From Eledone cirrhosa (taxonomy: Eukaryota): DNA of 64,000 nt. A model generated the notes under the pieces. It did not search any database and was not told the DNA's origin. It was given only the letters and a program-made list of their open reading frames with translations. The DNA is taken from positions 410,502,001 through 410,566,000 of the forward strand of contig OZ024740.1 of assembly GCA_964016885.1 (NCBI GenBank), given 5' to 3'. Both the position numbers and the translations under genes were made by a program. Shown in pieces: positions 13,704 to 28,110 of the stretch. The number at the start of each line of letters is the position of its first letter. The first letter of the stretch is position 1.

Positions 13704-15146
13704 ACTATTAAATCTCTCCCAAGGTAACTCTCTCTTGTGTTGTTATTTTTATTTTATCCTTTATACTCTTCCCTTCTTTCTTCTACACATTTACACATCT
13801 TTACTCACCACGCATCTCAACGTACACCCACTTACATCTCTCTCTCCACCACCGGATCTTGTTACCCGGAGATTTACCCATTTGCATTGTCGAGGCTTCC
13901 AAACGACTTAAAGATATTTATTTATTATTCCACAATGCTTCAAGCAAACTTTAATACTCTCTTATATATATATATATAATTTGTGTCTCTCCAACCCGAA
14001 TGACCATAACTACGTTTATTAAGGCAATGGGAATAAATGAACATTATTCAATGTGATCTTCATGTTTTCATAAACAATGGAATGTTATCTGATGTGACAT
14101 GTCTGCTATATCTAGCAAGCTAAGTGACCATGTGGTGATTCCTTTGATAGCTTTATTACTTTTTACCATTTTGTATAGTTAAATTAGGTTTTGATTTTTT
14201 TTTACGTGAGTCTTTTAGAAGATTTGATTTAATCGCTGCAAGAACCATCTTTGGTATTGTGTTTTGCTGTGTTGTTAGATTACATATAACTAGTCAAATT
14301 GTATACTTTTCAGTTTTATGCATTAGCTTTTCAGATGTGGTTATATTTAGTTCAATGCGTATCGAATTCCATTGTCGCGCCATTTTTTTGCAATACATAA
14401 CCATATACTTTCAGAAGATTTTTATCCCCTAACAAATACTATGTAGAGCATAAGCAGTCCATTTTTCTAGTTGCGTTCCCTCATATTATTACCATTGAAA
14501 ATCATTGATTTAGGGATTCACTAAGCCAACGAGTAAATAGAAAGTTTCGTGTGCCCATACTAATTATATACACTCTCTATAAATTTATTTAAGGAAACAT
14601 TAGGGAAATATAGACAAATATTAATTAAATAAAGGATTCACACAAAATAGAAACCTGGATATAGATAAAAACTACATATTTTATGAATGCAGTGTTCCAA
14701 AAGCATTGATTTAAATGTAAAACGATTCGAAAAATGTTTAGTTATTTGATATAAACCAAATGAAAAGCATTTGAAGATATCTAATAAAATAAGAAGTCTG
14801 TTTATTTTATGCCTAGATAATTACCGACTAAACACGATACTTTTAGCTGATGTTATACTATCATAGGCCTAGTAATATGCGTCATTATATGTTTATTTTT
14901 ATCAATTTATCGTTGGGAACGATATTGTCATTGGTTATAAGTTTCCAATGAACCAATTACGGAGCAATTACTGGTTAACAGCCTGTACATCGGGGAGGGT
15001 AGAAGTGGTCGGAAATATATTAGAGGATACACTAGCCAAGATTTACAACCGATCTTTACAACATTCGCCAGTATTCTTATTTGCCTATTCTTCATTGTAC
15101 TGTGTTGTTTCTTCTGTTGTTTCCGTTTAGTTTTGGCACACAAACG

Positions 15147-15365
<219 letters not shown>

Positions 15366-15451
15366 GCATGTAAAAGGTAAACAGAAATAACAACACAAAC
15401 GGTACAGTATATGGAAGGAATATATTAGTTTAACACTTGAAATAGCAGAAA

Positions 15452-15482
<31 letters not shown>

Positions 15483-16089
15483 AGAGTATGTGTGAGAGTG
15501 TGTGTGTGTATTATATAACAAAATTGTTAACTACCAAATCTCGCATGTAAAGAACCGATAAATCCGAGGTTAAATTAAGGGAGACTTTCTCACAGGATTA
15601 CGAATCGAACTTCTGAATCACACCAAACTACGCATGCAACACCTAGAGCATATGCAACACAAGAAATGCATTAACATCGTGTTTTTTTCAAAACATTGTA
15701 AAGCAAGAACAAGATATATAACAGTCAGTGCAGCACCTGAAGCTATTGCAACAAGAATACAAAAAATATTTAACAAAAGGAATAACTGCATTAATAAAAT
15801 CATAACATAAACAGCTGTAATGGTACTAAAAATGTTGACGCCAAAAATATACACTGCAACGAGAATATCAAAAGCAATAACAGAATTGTTACTCGATTGA
15901 GTGAGTTGCTGACATACGATCCGAACCTTTTGTAAGAAAAGATGAAAGAAATTTCCAAGCATCAATATCACAAAGGAAATACTTAATCTAAAACGAAGTC
16001 GTGATATAAACCACCTAACTCTATCCTTCGAGAAACGTCTATATTCTTTTTCTTTCTGGTTGACGCCATGTAGCATTAAAATCATACGA

Positions 16090-16300
<211 letters not shown>

Positions 16301-16329
16301 GATAGATAAATAGATTGATAGATTGGCAA

Positions 16330-17950
16330 GGAAATAGAACACAGAGAAACGGTCTAAATGTTGTAATAGAGGAACTAAAACAACATATCATAGCCAAAAT
16401 TGCAACAAAAAAAAAAATTGTGTAAGTAGAATTGACCAGTATAAACAAAACTGTATGTTGGACAAGAGCCTAAAATGCTATTTGAACAGCTAGAAGAGAA
16501 AGAAAGAGGCAGCGATGCTACCCCTGAAGCTGAACAAACTAACACATCTTTGAGAGGGATTTCAGAGAAGGCTGTTGAGCATAATAATCGGGCAGGGAAG
16601 ATTGAGACTGTTAAAATTGAGATTAACGAACAAACACACCAACAACCTGACTTGCGTATATAAGTGGAAACTCTTAAAACGTAGGTCAATAGATTAACCA
16701 GCTGGAAATCACCAAGCCCTGATGTTGTGCAAGGATATTGGTCAAATAATATAACGTCTCTCCACTCGATGTTGGCAACCATGTTCAATGACTGCTTGAT
16801 AGCAGGTGAAGTATCGTAGTGGTTGACAAAAGGCACCATGGTCCTAAATAAGAAAGACCAAGCCCAAAGACGTTACTAACTATAGGCATATCACATATCT
16901 GTTCTTGATGTGGAAATTGCTAACAAACATTATACCTGAGGATATCTACCACTTCCTCATCATAAACCACATATACCGGAGGAACAGAAAGGATGTCGAA
17001 AGAAGTCCCGTGCAACAAAGAACCATTACTTATTGACAAGATGATAAGGAACTGTGAGAGAAGGCATACTAGTCTTGCCATGCGATGGATAGACTACAAG
17101 AAGGCATTCGGTATGGTTCCTCATTCTTGGGTAATCAACTGCCTAGAAATCTTCAAGGTGGCGGAAAACATCAGACTACTATTAAGTAATAGCATAAAGA
17201 ATTGGGGGACAGAGTTAACGTCTTGGAGAGAATCCTTGGGATTCAATGGAGCTATCTTCCAGGGAGATTGTCTGTCTCCTTAAGTGTTTGTCTTTACTCT
17301 CATTCTCTTGTCTCTCGTATTGCTTAGTACGAACTGGGAAGAGGTTAACTTTGCCTTTCATCCTTACGAGGTCGATAAAATAAAGTACCAGTAATGCACT
17401 AGGTTATTTCTGGCCTTGTGCCAAAAGTAGAAACAATTATTTGGTACAGTGCGGGAATTCTTAAATGGAATATAAAGATAAAAAAGAACTGTATAGAAAG
17501 GCAAGGAAATGAATGATTACATACAGTATGTTTCCTAAAAATAGGGATATTGATAGACTGTACTTAAAGTGAGCTGAAGGCGGGAGAGGTCTTATCAGCA
17601 TGGAGGACGGTGTTTAGTTGGAGAAGAGCTGTTTACATAAATATGTATCTGCGAGTTACGAGTCAATGTTGAAGGCTACATTGAAGGATATATCTGCGTC
17701 AAGAGATAGTAGAGTGAAGGATAAAGAGCATGAAAAGATGGAGAAGTATGAGCCATTGAAAGAGGAGGCTGGGAAGTTTTGGGGGTGAAAGAGGTTTTAG
17801 TGATTCCAGTGATGATCGGAGCATTGAGATGTATATGGGACAGTTTTGAGGACCATGTAAATAGAATCGGAATTGCTGCACGGTTACAAGACATTCAGAA
17901 GAAAACACTTATTGATATAGCAAGGATTTAAAGGAAAGTCCTGCCTATCT
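16330..17950 (+). mobile_element. Degenerate, internally deleted relative of the R4/Dong-type LINE at 47630-52162, interrupted by a SINE at 17341-17441
   Basis: FEQLEEKERGSDATPEAEQT, WKSPSPD, LLIDKMIRNCERRHTSLAM.WIDYKKAF.MVPHSW, IFQGDCLSP, DRLYL..EGGRGLIS and VIPV.IGAL are collinear with the 933-aa and 180-aa ORFs. Confidence 0.9.
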
Positions 17951-18648
17951 ATTGGCACTTTATTTCATCGACCCCATAATATTGTCATATTTAAAACAAA
18001 AACAAGCATCAATATAGATACTTCTGTTACATACAACTAAAGAGCATTGAAGTTGTCACTTAATTTACTAGAAATAGGAGTTAACTCTCCCTCAAATAAC
18101 ACTAACAACAATAACCTTGGTTAATAACCTGGCCAGTCCTGACTAAACTCTCGAGAAATTTACACATGATTTCATTGACCTGAAATTGAAGTGTTAAAAT
18201 TATCTATTATTCTGTTTACACTATTGTCTTTCTTTATTCATTATGTGTCTCCTTACAAGGACTATATTATTATAATCTAATAATCACCAAAACACATTCC
18301 ATGAATCTTATAACATGGCAGCTTTTTATGCAGCAAAAATCAGATGTTCGTGTCAAGGGAATAATATAGATTTTACACGACATTTTATTAGATTTATTAA
18401 ATTTTCTTCTATGAATTTCGTTATGTTATTTATACATTTCTCTTCCGTGTTCAATTTTTTAAAATTATCTTTTATATGTGCACCTCTGTTTAGAGTTCTA
18501 GCTACTTTCATTTGAAATATTTTAATTAAATCTGTTTGAAATACAATGCACGATTAGCATTTAAACATTGTAAGGGTGAAAGGTAAAGTGAAATCACCAC
18601 GGCATGGTTTGAAAAAAAAAAAGAACGCAGCCAAGATCATTATTGTAT

Positions 18649-18829
18649 TTGGCAGTATCGGTAGAGGGTCGGACACCATGCTTTCCAGCATAGTTACGTT
18701 CATTTACGATCTGAGTTCAAATCCCGCCGAGGTTGACTTTGCCTTTCATCCTTACGGGGTCGATAAAATAAAGTACCAGTAATGTACTGGGTAATTTCTG
18801 GTCTTGTGCCTAAAGTAGAAACAATTATT
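18649..18829 (+). mobile_element. tRNA-derived SINE with Nin/Deu-type core (representative copy)
   Basis: A-box-like TGGCAGTATCGG, B-box GAGTTCAAATCCC, core GCCTTTCATCCTTACGGGGTCGATAAAATAAAGTACCAG, tail GAAACAATTATT, TSD attattgtattt. Confidence 0.9.
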
Positions 18830-19438
18830 GTATTTAGTTCACCCCACAAACCACTTACGTTTTAAACTAATCGCTCTAATATAAAACTTGTCTGGTTTTC
18901 TATTATAATTCTATTCACATTGTCGGAATACAAATCGACCACAGAACTCAACTGGTACTTATGCTATTAACAAATATTGATATCTAACCTTTTCACAATG
19001 CCACATTTGTTAATGAAATGGTGAAGTTGATGTAATCAATTTTTCAATATATAACTAAAATTTATTTTACCTAGGAAGGTTGAAATTCTTAGTAAATGAC
19101 CGTATAAAATGAATGCCAAAATTAAAGGGAAGGAACTAAATACTGAAAGACATTTAATCCATCTCTCAACCGTTAACACTAGTCATTAGTTTCATAATGA
19201 TGCTCGAACTATAAAAAGAACATCTCATGATTTCTATATTTCGCTGTACAAATCCTAGATGATTTCTTTTCCTGTAGGGGTTTAAAAACAAACTTAATAC
19301 ACACACACACACACATCCACACACACCCACACATACATACACACACAACCCCCATCCCCACACATACACACACACATACCCACACATCCACACCCACACA
19401 CACACAAAGAAGGTGGTGCCTCTTGATGACCGCAATAT

Positions 19439-19848
19439 AATTGTTTCTACTTTTGGCACAAGGCCAGCAATTATCCCAGTGTTTTACTGCTGCTTTATTT
19501 TATCGACGGATGAAAGGCAAAGTTAACCTCGGCGGGATTTGAACTAAGACCATAAAGGGCCGTAATTCTTTGCTATAAAGCATGGTGTCCGTCCCTCTAT
19601 AGTCACTTCCAATCCACCGCAATATAATTGTTTCTACTTTTGACACAAGGCCAGCAATTATTCAGTGCATTACTGGTACTTTATTTTATCGACTCCGTAA
19701 GGATGAAAGGCAGAGTTAACCTGCGCGGGATTTGAACTCAGATCGTAAAGGGACTTAACTATGCTGGAAAGCATGACGTCCGACCATCTACTGATACTGC
19801 CAATCCACCGCAATATAATAACTAAAAATCAGTAAAAAGAATATAAGA

Positions 19849-19897
<49 letters not shown>

Positions 19898-20113
19898 CAT
19901 ATCAATCAATCAATATTTATTATTTCAAATGAAATAATTGTTTCTACTTTAGGCACAAGGCCAGCAATTATCCAGTGCATTACTGGTACTTTATTTTATC
20001 GACCCCGTAAGGATGAAAGGCAAAGTCAATCTCGGCGGGATTTGAACACAGATCGTAAAGGGACGTAACTATGCTGGAAAGCATGGCGTCCGACCCTCTA
20101 CCGATACTGCCAA
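19439..20113 (-). mobile_element. Three SINE copies (19439-19620 and 19626-19810 in tandem; 19936-20113)
   Basis: Repeated aattgtttctacttt...gccaatccaccg; the junction ccgcaatata(ta)at occurs three times. Confidence 0.9.
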
Positions 20114-20595
20114 TTGAAATAATAGAACAGAGAAATATGTGTACATACATAAACCATATTAAAATGTCATAATGTCATGCGGGAGAAAATAAAAGCTGCT
20201 CAAACATTTCTATCATTGGATTTTACTGAATTGCGGTGTCTTTTGCATTCAGTTCTTTTGTGACCATTGTTCAGAATGTTCAGGTCTTCGGTCTTTGTCT
20301 CTTACGGCGACCTCCTGGTAGTTGATGTAGCAGAAGACACTCAGCATGGAAGTTACGGATGTATAAAGCACTATGTCTGTCAGTGTTTCTTTACATAGAT
20401 TGTGTATGCGCAAAAACAAAAGCGAGCAGTGAACATATTTCACACAAATTATTTGCACATCATCTATGGTGTAACACCAAGATCGCATAACAAATGCAGA
20501 ACTTTTCACACGCAAGGAGCAGGCAAATCTTCATGCTTAGGTTCGAAACCGGTGATTGACATGGATTGGTCATCAAATCATTCATAAAATTAGTA

Positions 20596-20806
20596 TGGTG
20601 GATTGGCGGTATCGGCAGAGGGTCGGACGCAATGCTGTGCAGCATAGAGTTACGGCTCTTTATGATGTGAGTTCAAATCCCGCCGAGGTTAACTTTACCA
20701 TTCATCCTTACGGGGTCGATAAAATAAAGTACCACTGACGCACTGGGGTCGATTTGATCGACTTTCCCCTCCCCCAAAATTGATGGCCTTGCGCCTCTAT
20801 AAGAAA

Positions 20807-20808
<2 letters not shown>
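20596..20808 (+). mobile_element. SINE, long variant retaining ggggtcgatttgatcgactttcccctccccc
   Basis: Same head and core with an extra segment of about 30 bp. Confidence 0.9.
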
Positions 20809-20866
<58 letters not shown>

Positions 20867-21880
20867 GGCTTTAAAAATCAGGCTTGTCTGCATAATTGCA
20901 AACGAATCGAATATTATTATTAATATTCGATAAACTCAGATTATATATATATATATATATATATACATCTGCCCACTTCAGGTTCCGCGGATGAACGTTT
21001 AGCGGGCAGGGGAAACTCCTGAGTAATAAATAGTCCAGTGGCTTAGTTTTAATACATTTTTAATCTTTGCTATGGCATTGAGTACTCATTCACACGTGCA
21101 CGAATATTAAATGGGTAACACACACACGAGAAGGGCTGTAATGTGTTTTTATATAATTTTAGTTTTATATATATAGGATGAGTTTGTAAAATCTTTGATT
21201 ATTTGAATACATATTACATGCATATTACAGACACGCATATTATATCTATACATAGGTGTATATATGTGTGTGTGTGTGATGAATGTATGTTTAATAGATC
21301 ACGTAAGGATAATCTGAGAGAAAAGATTCCATAAACACGTTTCTGCCATTTAACACAAAAATAACACAAACTTCAGAAAACTGATATGCAGAGTTTAGAT
21401 AATAGGTTCATGCTAAAAATAAAAAATGGCTTTTTGCAAATCCTTACAATTATGCCCAAACCGCGTTCCTTGGAAAATTCATAAAAAGGAAACACAAAAA
21501 AAAACAAGACAAAACAAAGATAAACGGATATTATGTATACGTTAGATGCTCGAAATACCTAAACGAACGGTTTTATTTATTGGTTGGGAGGGCGTGTCAG
21601 CCGTGTATATGTGTGTGTATATCCATTACAATGTGTGTGTATGTGTATATGCATATGTGTGTGTATATGTGTGTATGTTTAGTGTGAGTGTGTGTGTGTG
21701 TGTTTAGTGTGAGTGTGTGCGCGTGTGTGTCCGCGTTTGTGTGAATGGATGTGTGTTTTCTGTGAATGTATGGGTGTTTGTGTATTTATATTTATATACT
21801 TATACATTTATATGTATAAGTATATAAATATAAATACAAACACACATCCATTCACACATCCATTCACACAACATCCATTC

Positions 21881-21926
<46 letters not shown>

Positions 21927-22469
21927 ACACACACACACACACACACACACTAAACACACACACACATACACACACATACACTCACAGAAAACACACATCC
22001 ATTCACACAAACACACACACATACACACACACTAAACACACACACATACACTCACACTAAACAAACACGCACACATACACTCACACTAAACACACACACA
22101 TACACTCGCATTAAACACACACACACACTCGCACTAAACAAACACATGCACTCACACAAACCTACACATACACTCACACAAGTGTAGCTAATCTTGGAAC
22201 GCTCATTGCTATAGTATTTCACCAGCCCCTTCCTTCCTTAATCAATGTGTCTCTTTATGAATATGTATGAGTAGATGTGTGTGTGAATGCGTGCGCGCGT
22301 GTGTTTGCACTTCTGTTGTCTGTGTATATGTTTATGTATTTACGTGTAGATGTATGTGTATGTAACTAAACCGTAACGTAAGTTACGAATGGACGAAACA
22401 CACCAAGAATTATAATAGGATGTAGGTAGCGACACAATATCCTATTGTTGTTTGACCAATATATATATT

Positions 22470-22965
<496 letters not shown>

Positions 22966-23167
22966 TAAAACGTACTCCGTTAAATCACTTTTATGTAGAT
23001 ATGGAAGACATATTCAAAGTGTTGGACAAAGTTAATTTTGACTCCTGTTTCTATGGATCAATAAAATAAATACAAATCATATTGGGCATCGAGTCTAAAT
23101 TTGTTACCATGGGTCAATGTAAAAATAAATATATTCATAGATAGAAGGTATTATTAGTTCATTGATG

Positions 23168-23310
23168 GCGGTGGATTGGCAGTATCGGTAGAGGGTCTGA
23201 CACCATGCTTTGCAGCAAAGTGTTACGGCCCTTTATGGTCTGAGTTCAAATCCCGCCGAAGTTAACTTTGCCTTTCATCCTTATGGGGTCAATATGTAGA
23301 AAGAATTATT
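23168..23310 (+). mobile_element. SINE copy, internally deleted, with 18-bp TSD
   Basis: attattagttcattgatg at 23150-23167 and 23305-23322. Confidence 0.88.
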
Positions 23311-23827
23311 AGTTCATTGATGTTCCTCTTTCCTAACCTTCTATATTTTTCATATTCATAGATGCAACTCTTCTCTTTCCTGGAAGTAAGAACATTTTAT
23401 TCCCTGTTATCCTACACTTTATTCCAGTTTTCATTTAAACATGCTTCCGTAATTCTGTAAAGCTCCTTGTTTTGTTATAATTATCCCCACTATTCAATAT
23501 AATAACTATATTTTAAAAGCTACTGAAATATTTATTAGCTGTCATTTCGGAGAGTATTTTTTATTAAAGAGATAATGAAAGTTGGCTCTCCTTTGTTCAG
23601 TCTTCTCTTTCACCAGGCTGATGACGTATTTATTCAATTGTCTTTATTTGGATTGAAGTATGTCAGTTTAGATAATCTGAAATTTAAATAGTGATTGTCC
23701 TTAATTAAACAAAACAAATATAAAAAAAGTTAGCTGTGTTAATGACAACATATTTAATGCAGGGAGTATTAAAAGGTGAGTTGAAAATAATTATGCGATG
23801 AGGAGAAAACTAAAGTAGTTAATGATT

Positions 23828-24660
23828 GATGTTACCTGCCATATTATTATGATTGATATTACCTGTGATATTATACTTGTCACTAGATGTTACTTGTGAT
23901 ATTATTCTTGTCACTAGATGTATTTGATGTTACCTGTGATATTATACTTGTCACTAGATGTTACTTGTGATATTATTCTTGTCACTAGATGTGTTTGATG
24001 TTACCTGTGATATTATACTTGTCACTAGATGTTACTTGTGATATTATTCTTGTCACTAGATGTGTTTGATGTTACCTGTGATATTATACTTGTCACGAGA
24101 TGTTACTTGTGATATTATTCTTGTCACTAGATGTGTTTGATGTTTCTTGTGATATTATTCTTGTCACTGGATGTATTTGATGTTACCTGTGATATTCTTG
24201 TCACTAGATGTGTTTGATGTTACCTGTAATATTCTTGTCACTGGATGTATTTGATGTTACCTGTGATATTCTTGTCACTAGATGTGTTTTATGTTACCTG
24301 TGATATTCTTGTCACTAGATGTGTTTGATGTTACCTGTGATATTCTTGTCACTAGATGTGTTTGATGTTACCTGTGATATTCTTGTCACTAGATGTGTTT
24401 GATGTTACCTGTGATATTCTTGTTACTAGATGTGTTTGATGTTACCTGTGATATTCTTGTCACTAGATGTGTTTGATGTTACCTGTGATATTCTTGTCAC
24501 TAGATGTGTTTGATGTTACCTGTGATATTCTTGTTACTAGATGTGTTTGATGTTACCTGTGATATTCTTGTCACTAGATGTGTTTGATGTTACCTGTGAT
24601 ATTCTTGTCACTAGATGTGTTTGATGTTACCTGTGATATTCTTGTCACTAGATGTGTTTA
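23828..24660. repeat. Minisatellite: alternating 31/40-bp units converting to a homogeneous 37-bp unit
   Basis: 37-mer gatgttacctgtgatattcttgtcactagatgtgttt from about 24180 onward. Confidence 0.97.
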
Positions 24661-24916
24661 AGTGTTACGCTTTTAACAACATTAACCACGGAATACAATT
24701 TAAAACATAATCAAAATCGTCTATGGTATCATAAACAAAGCGAGAACAATTTTAGATTAGTTATTAATTAGCTGATCTGACTAAATATATTAGATATTGA
24801 TCGATTCAAATCGGTTAAAATTGATTTATTAACTTTCTGAGTATGAATCCTAAACCTAGATATCTAAGTTAAGGATAATGCTATAGTTTAGCACCCAACA
24901 GTAAGATCAGTTAGAG

Positions 24917-25401
24917 CAGTGGTTCCCAACCTTTTATAATAAATTCCACCTTAATGATATAGCAAAACAGTATGCCCCCCCCCCCCCAAAGTAAAATTTT
25001 TGATATAATTTTTTTATGTAGAAATAATTTCGGCGTGTCTTTTTATTTCAATCAAATCATTTTAAATTTATTATAAACTTTACTAAAATTTACTAAAATA
25101 AATAATATATATCCTGTTATAAAAATAAGTTTCTTTACTAAGTTTATTTACTAAAACATAAATTGTTATATCCAGATTTAAATAATTATCAAGTGAAGTA
25201 AAATCGTAATTAGCAAAGGTAGAAAGTTGATAAAAAGTTGAATATAAAAATTTGAAGCAAGAAAAAGAAAAAAATGATGTTAGGAAACTACTCTTCTTTT
25301 TTATCTATGAAATTTTGTGATTTTTAGTTTATTCCCGTGGCTCCCCCAATAACTAGCTATGGCCCACTGGTGGGCCATAGCCCCCTGGTTGGGAACGAAT
25401 G
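24917..25401. mobile_element. hAT MITE with perfect 8-bp TSD
   Basis: TIRs CAGTGGTTCCCAACC and GGTTGGGAACGAATG; TSD AGTTAGAG at 24909-24916 and 25402-25409; subterminal hairpin ctatggcccac-tg-gtgggccatag. Confidence 0.92.
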
Positions 25402-26869
25402 AGTTAGAGAGAGAGAGGGATTGATGAAAATATCTAGAAAACAGGACAATCTTAGCAATATGTGAGGGAGCTGTTCTTTTCTATTTACGACTTCGTGAAC
25501 TAAATTTACAACAATATCTTATTTTCTTCTCATGCTCTGTGTTCTAAAAGTGACTAATTAAACACCTTCCCAAGGAAGCAATTCTATTGTTATCGACCGT
25601 ATCTAATATTAGACTGCAAGCTGTTATCAGTAACGAAAGGTTTTTGTGTACAACTAACTGTTATTACCAAGCTGGACTGTATTTCAACAGAGCTGAACTA
25701 TGGTTATATAGTCGTTTATATGTCACACCGACATTTCCCATATAACATTCTCGGTTCAATACATTACTTGAATTGAGGTTTTGTATGTTCAGTAGATAAA
25801 CCACATACTGATATTTATGTCGTATTTCCGAAGAAATGTTTAACTTGTACATTAGAATATACAGTATATAACACATAAGAAGACAGATCAGCGACCTCGC
25901 TAAACACACTCAGAATATACAATGTGTTTTAGACTGGTATCTCTGTGGTATTTGTTCAAATAAAACTTTCTTGTGGAATTGAAAAGAGAGAAATTGGCGA
26001 AAATTAGAGTGAAATGATAAAGGGAGAAGAAGCGGTATATTGGATGCGAGTTATATGAAAGATATAGTACAGCAGTAGAAGCTGAGGAAATTAGTTTTGT
26101 TCTGAAAAACTAATACAATCTATTCAATTGATGGCATTTTATCTCCCTCAAACGAAGAGTGTTACACGAAACATCCGAATTCCCTTTTTTTCTCACACCA
26201 TAAAATGTATACGATTGCATCAACTCTATGTGTTCATTTCCTCAAAGACTATATTCTCCTACAAATACAATATTTTGCGGTTTCGAGTATGCCGCATAAT
26301 ATACATATACTCACATTTTCATGCACCTCCATAGCTATTTAGGTTCACATGAGCCCTATATGAAAATAATCATCTATATAGATGTGACATGCTCACAGCT
26401 TAAATCATTTATAGCGAGTCTCTAGTATGTTTATTATACATAAAAAATATTGTATATGCTTTCATATATGATGCACCACGTTTGTCACTTCTAATTGAAT
26501 ATATATGCCCCAGCATGGCCTCAGCCTGTCGGCTGGAACACGATCTAGAAATAGAAATAGAAAAATGTATAGATAAGGGCAATTTATTGACTATATCTGA
26601 TATATTTAATCAAATACATAGATTCTGATATCTAACACTACTATAGAGTGGCTAAAACAGGTGGATAACATTCTAAATATGTCTACACATTGTGCGATGT
26701 CGACTTGGCTAGTATCATTCTAGAGAATATCGCTATTATGGTGCTTCAGTGATTAGAATTGAAGCAAACAGGTTTTCGTTGGTCTCATTCTATAAATGTA
26801 GGATGATTCTAACTAATACGTAACATATCTTGCAAGAATATCTTAAGCCAATGAAGAACTTATTAAATA

Positions 26870-28110
26870 ATCATATATTTTCATAGATAAAAGCCTTCTT
26901 TCCTACCTTGCTTTAGTGCAGATATTGTTTTTCGAAATTTTCTGAGATTTAGCTAATACACTTGGATACAACTGCAAGATACAATAAATAACAGTAGATT
27001 ATGGAGGGTGAGAAATGTGGTTTTATTATGCTTCGTTAATATTTGATAAGAGGAAACTCTTTTCAAGCTGCGAAGTAATTAGCTGACTCTCGGATTAGTG
27101 GTTTCTTGTTAGATCACATAAGCGTGGCATATGCTGATGAAACACTCTCTGACTTAAAATCTGTTAACTCTCACTTGCCTTAGGATTTGATTTGACATTC
27201 AAACTCTATCTTTTATTGACCAACGACCTATATGCTCTTAACTTCAACAAGTCCATTGCAGGTTATATCATCCTTTATACCCGGTTAACTTTCTGTAGGC
27301 TAGCGTCATTCATAAGTTGCCTAGGCACTTAACACTAACTCTGCCCTGACGTCATCCAATGAAAGCATGCAAATCTTGTTTTTTCGATACCCTGACCCCT
27401 CCAAGAAAATTACCATAATCTCACTACATATACAGAGCAAACCTTAGCGCACCTTACTCCACTTAAGCATGACCCCTCACGATTACATAAAGGCTAGGCC
27501 TGATTATGAATGAGGATTTCTCCAGTCGAATGCACACCCTTAACATAACAAATACTACATCTCATGGACTTGGACTTCTTTTTAAGACCAGAAAATACTT
27601 CATATCTGGTCCTCTGCTAACGTTCTAAAATATGCCGTGTAACCCACATTGGTGTTCTGTTTTCATATCTGCCACATTCACAGACAGCTTAGACCATATC
27701 GAGAGGAACGCCATTTGACTGTTTGGCAAGAAGTCACTCATAATCACATCCCATCCATCGGTTTGCAAACATACTGTCTTCTTTCCCTTTTCTTCCGATA
27801 CTACACTGGCTTATTCTTCTCAGAACTGGCCGCTCTGGTTCTGCATTCATCCAGGCTCTTATGCTTCAGTCATCACCTTTCCTCTCAGAACTAATGTTAG
27901 GTCCAATTATTCATGCTCCACACTAAACTCTAGGCTCGGTTATTTTTCAGAAAATATAGATCGGAATTATTTTCCTAGATATGCCATTCAAGTAGCCGTC
28001 GATCTGCAACAGTGTAAGCCGTTAACAGAGTCTATCTAACTTGCAGGGCCTGTGGAAGTATTGGGCACTGCTCTTAACGTAAGACTAAACTAAAAAGTAA
28101 AGAAATAAAA
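26870..28110 (+). mobile_element. Highly degenerate CR1/Jockey-group LINE 3' portion
   Basis: AYADE at about 27128 and LLSLFFRYYTGLFFSELAALV (compare SLSLFYRYYxGxCSxEL); A-rich end. Confidence 0.6.

Larger units (their letters stand above)
11851..13962 (+). mobile_element. 5'-truncated Penelope-like retroelement (RT + GIY-YIG, Nematis-like) flanked by (TA)n on both sides
   Basis: KTHK..RPIVS, FSLDVVALYTSVP, GLPMRSSLS, RYVDNI, LLDF, FYRK, GYP, CxxxxCxxxxxxC, VVYKIECDRC..YIGST.RPL..RIKEH, EALFI..P.IN. Frameshift near 11930 and stop at 12159-12161. Confidence 0.95.

Noticed and set aside
18649-18730. tRNA gene (A and B boxes)
   Set aside because: SINE head with no complete cloverleaf, repeated with the SINE body and TSDs
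23828-24660. 37-bp repeat with a hairpin, CRISPR-repeat sized
   Set aside because: No spacers, no cas genes, eukaryotic context
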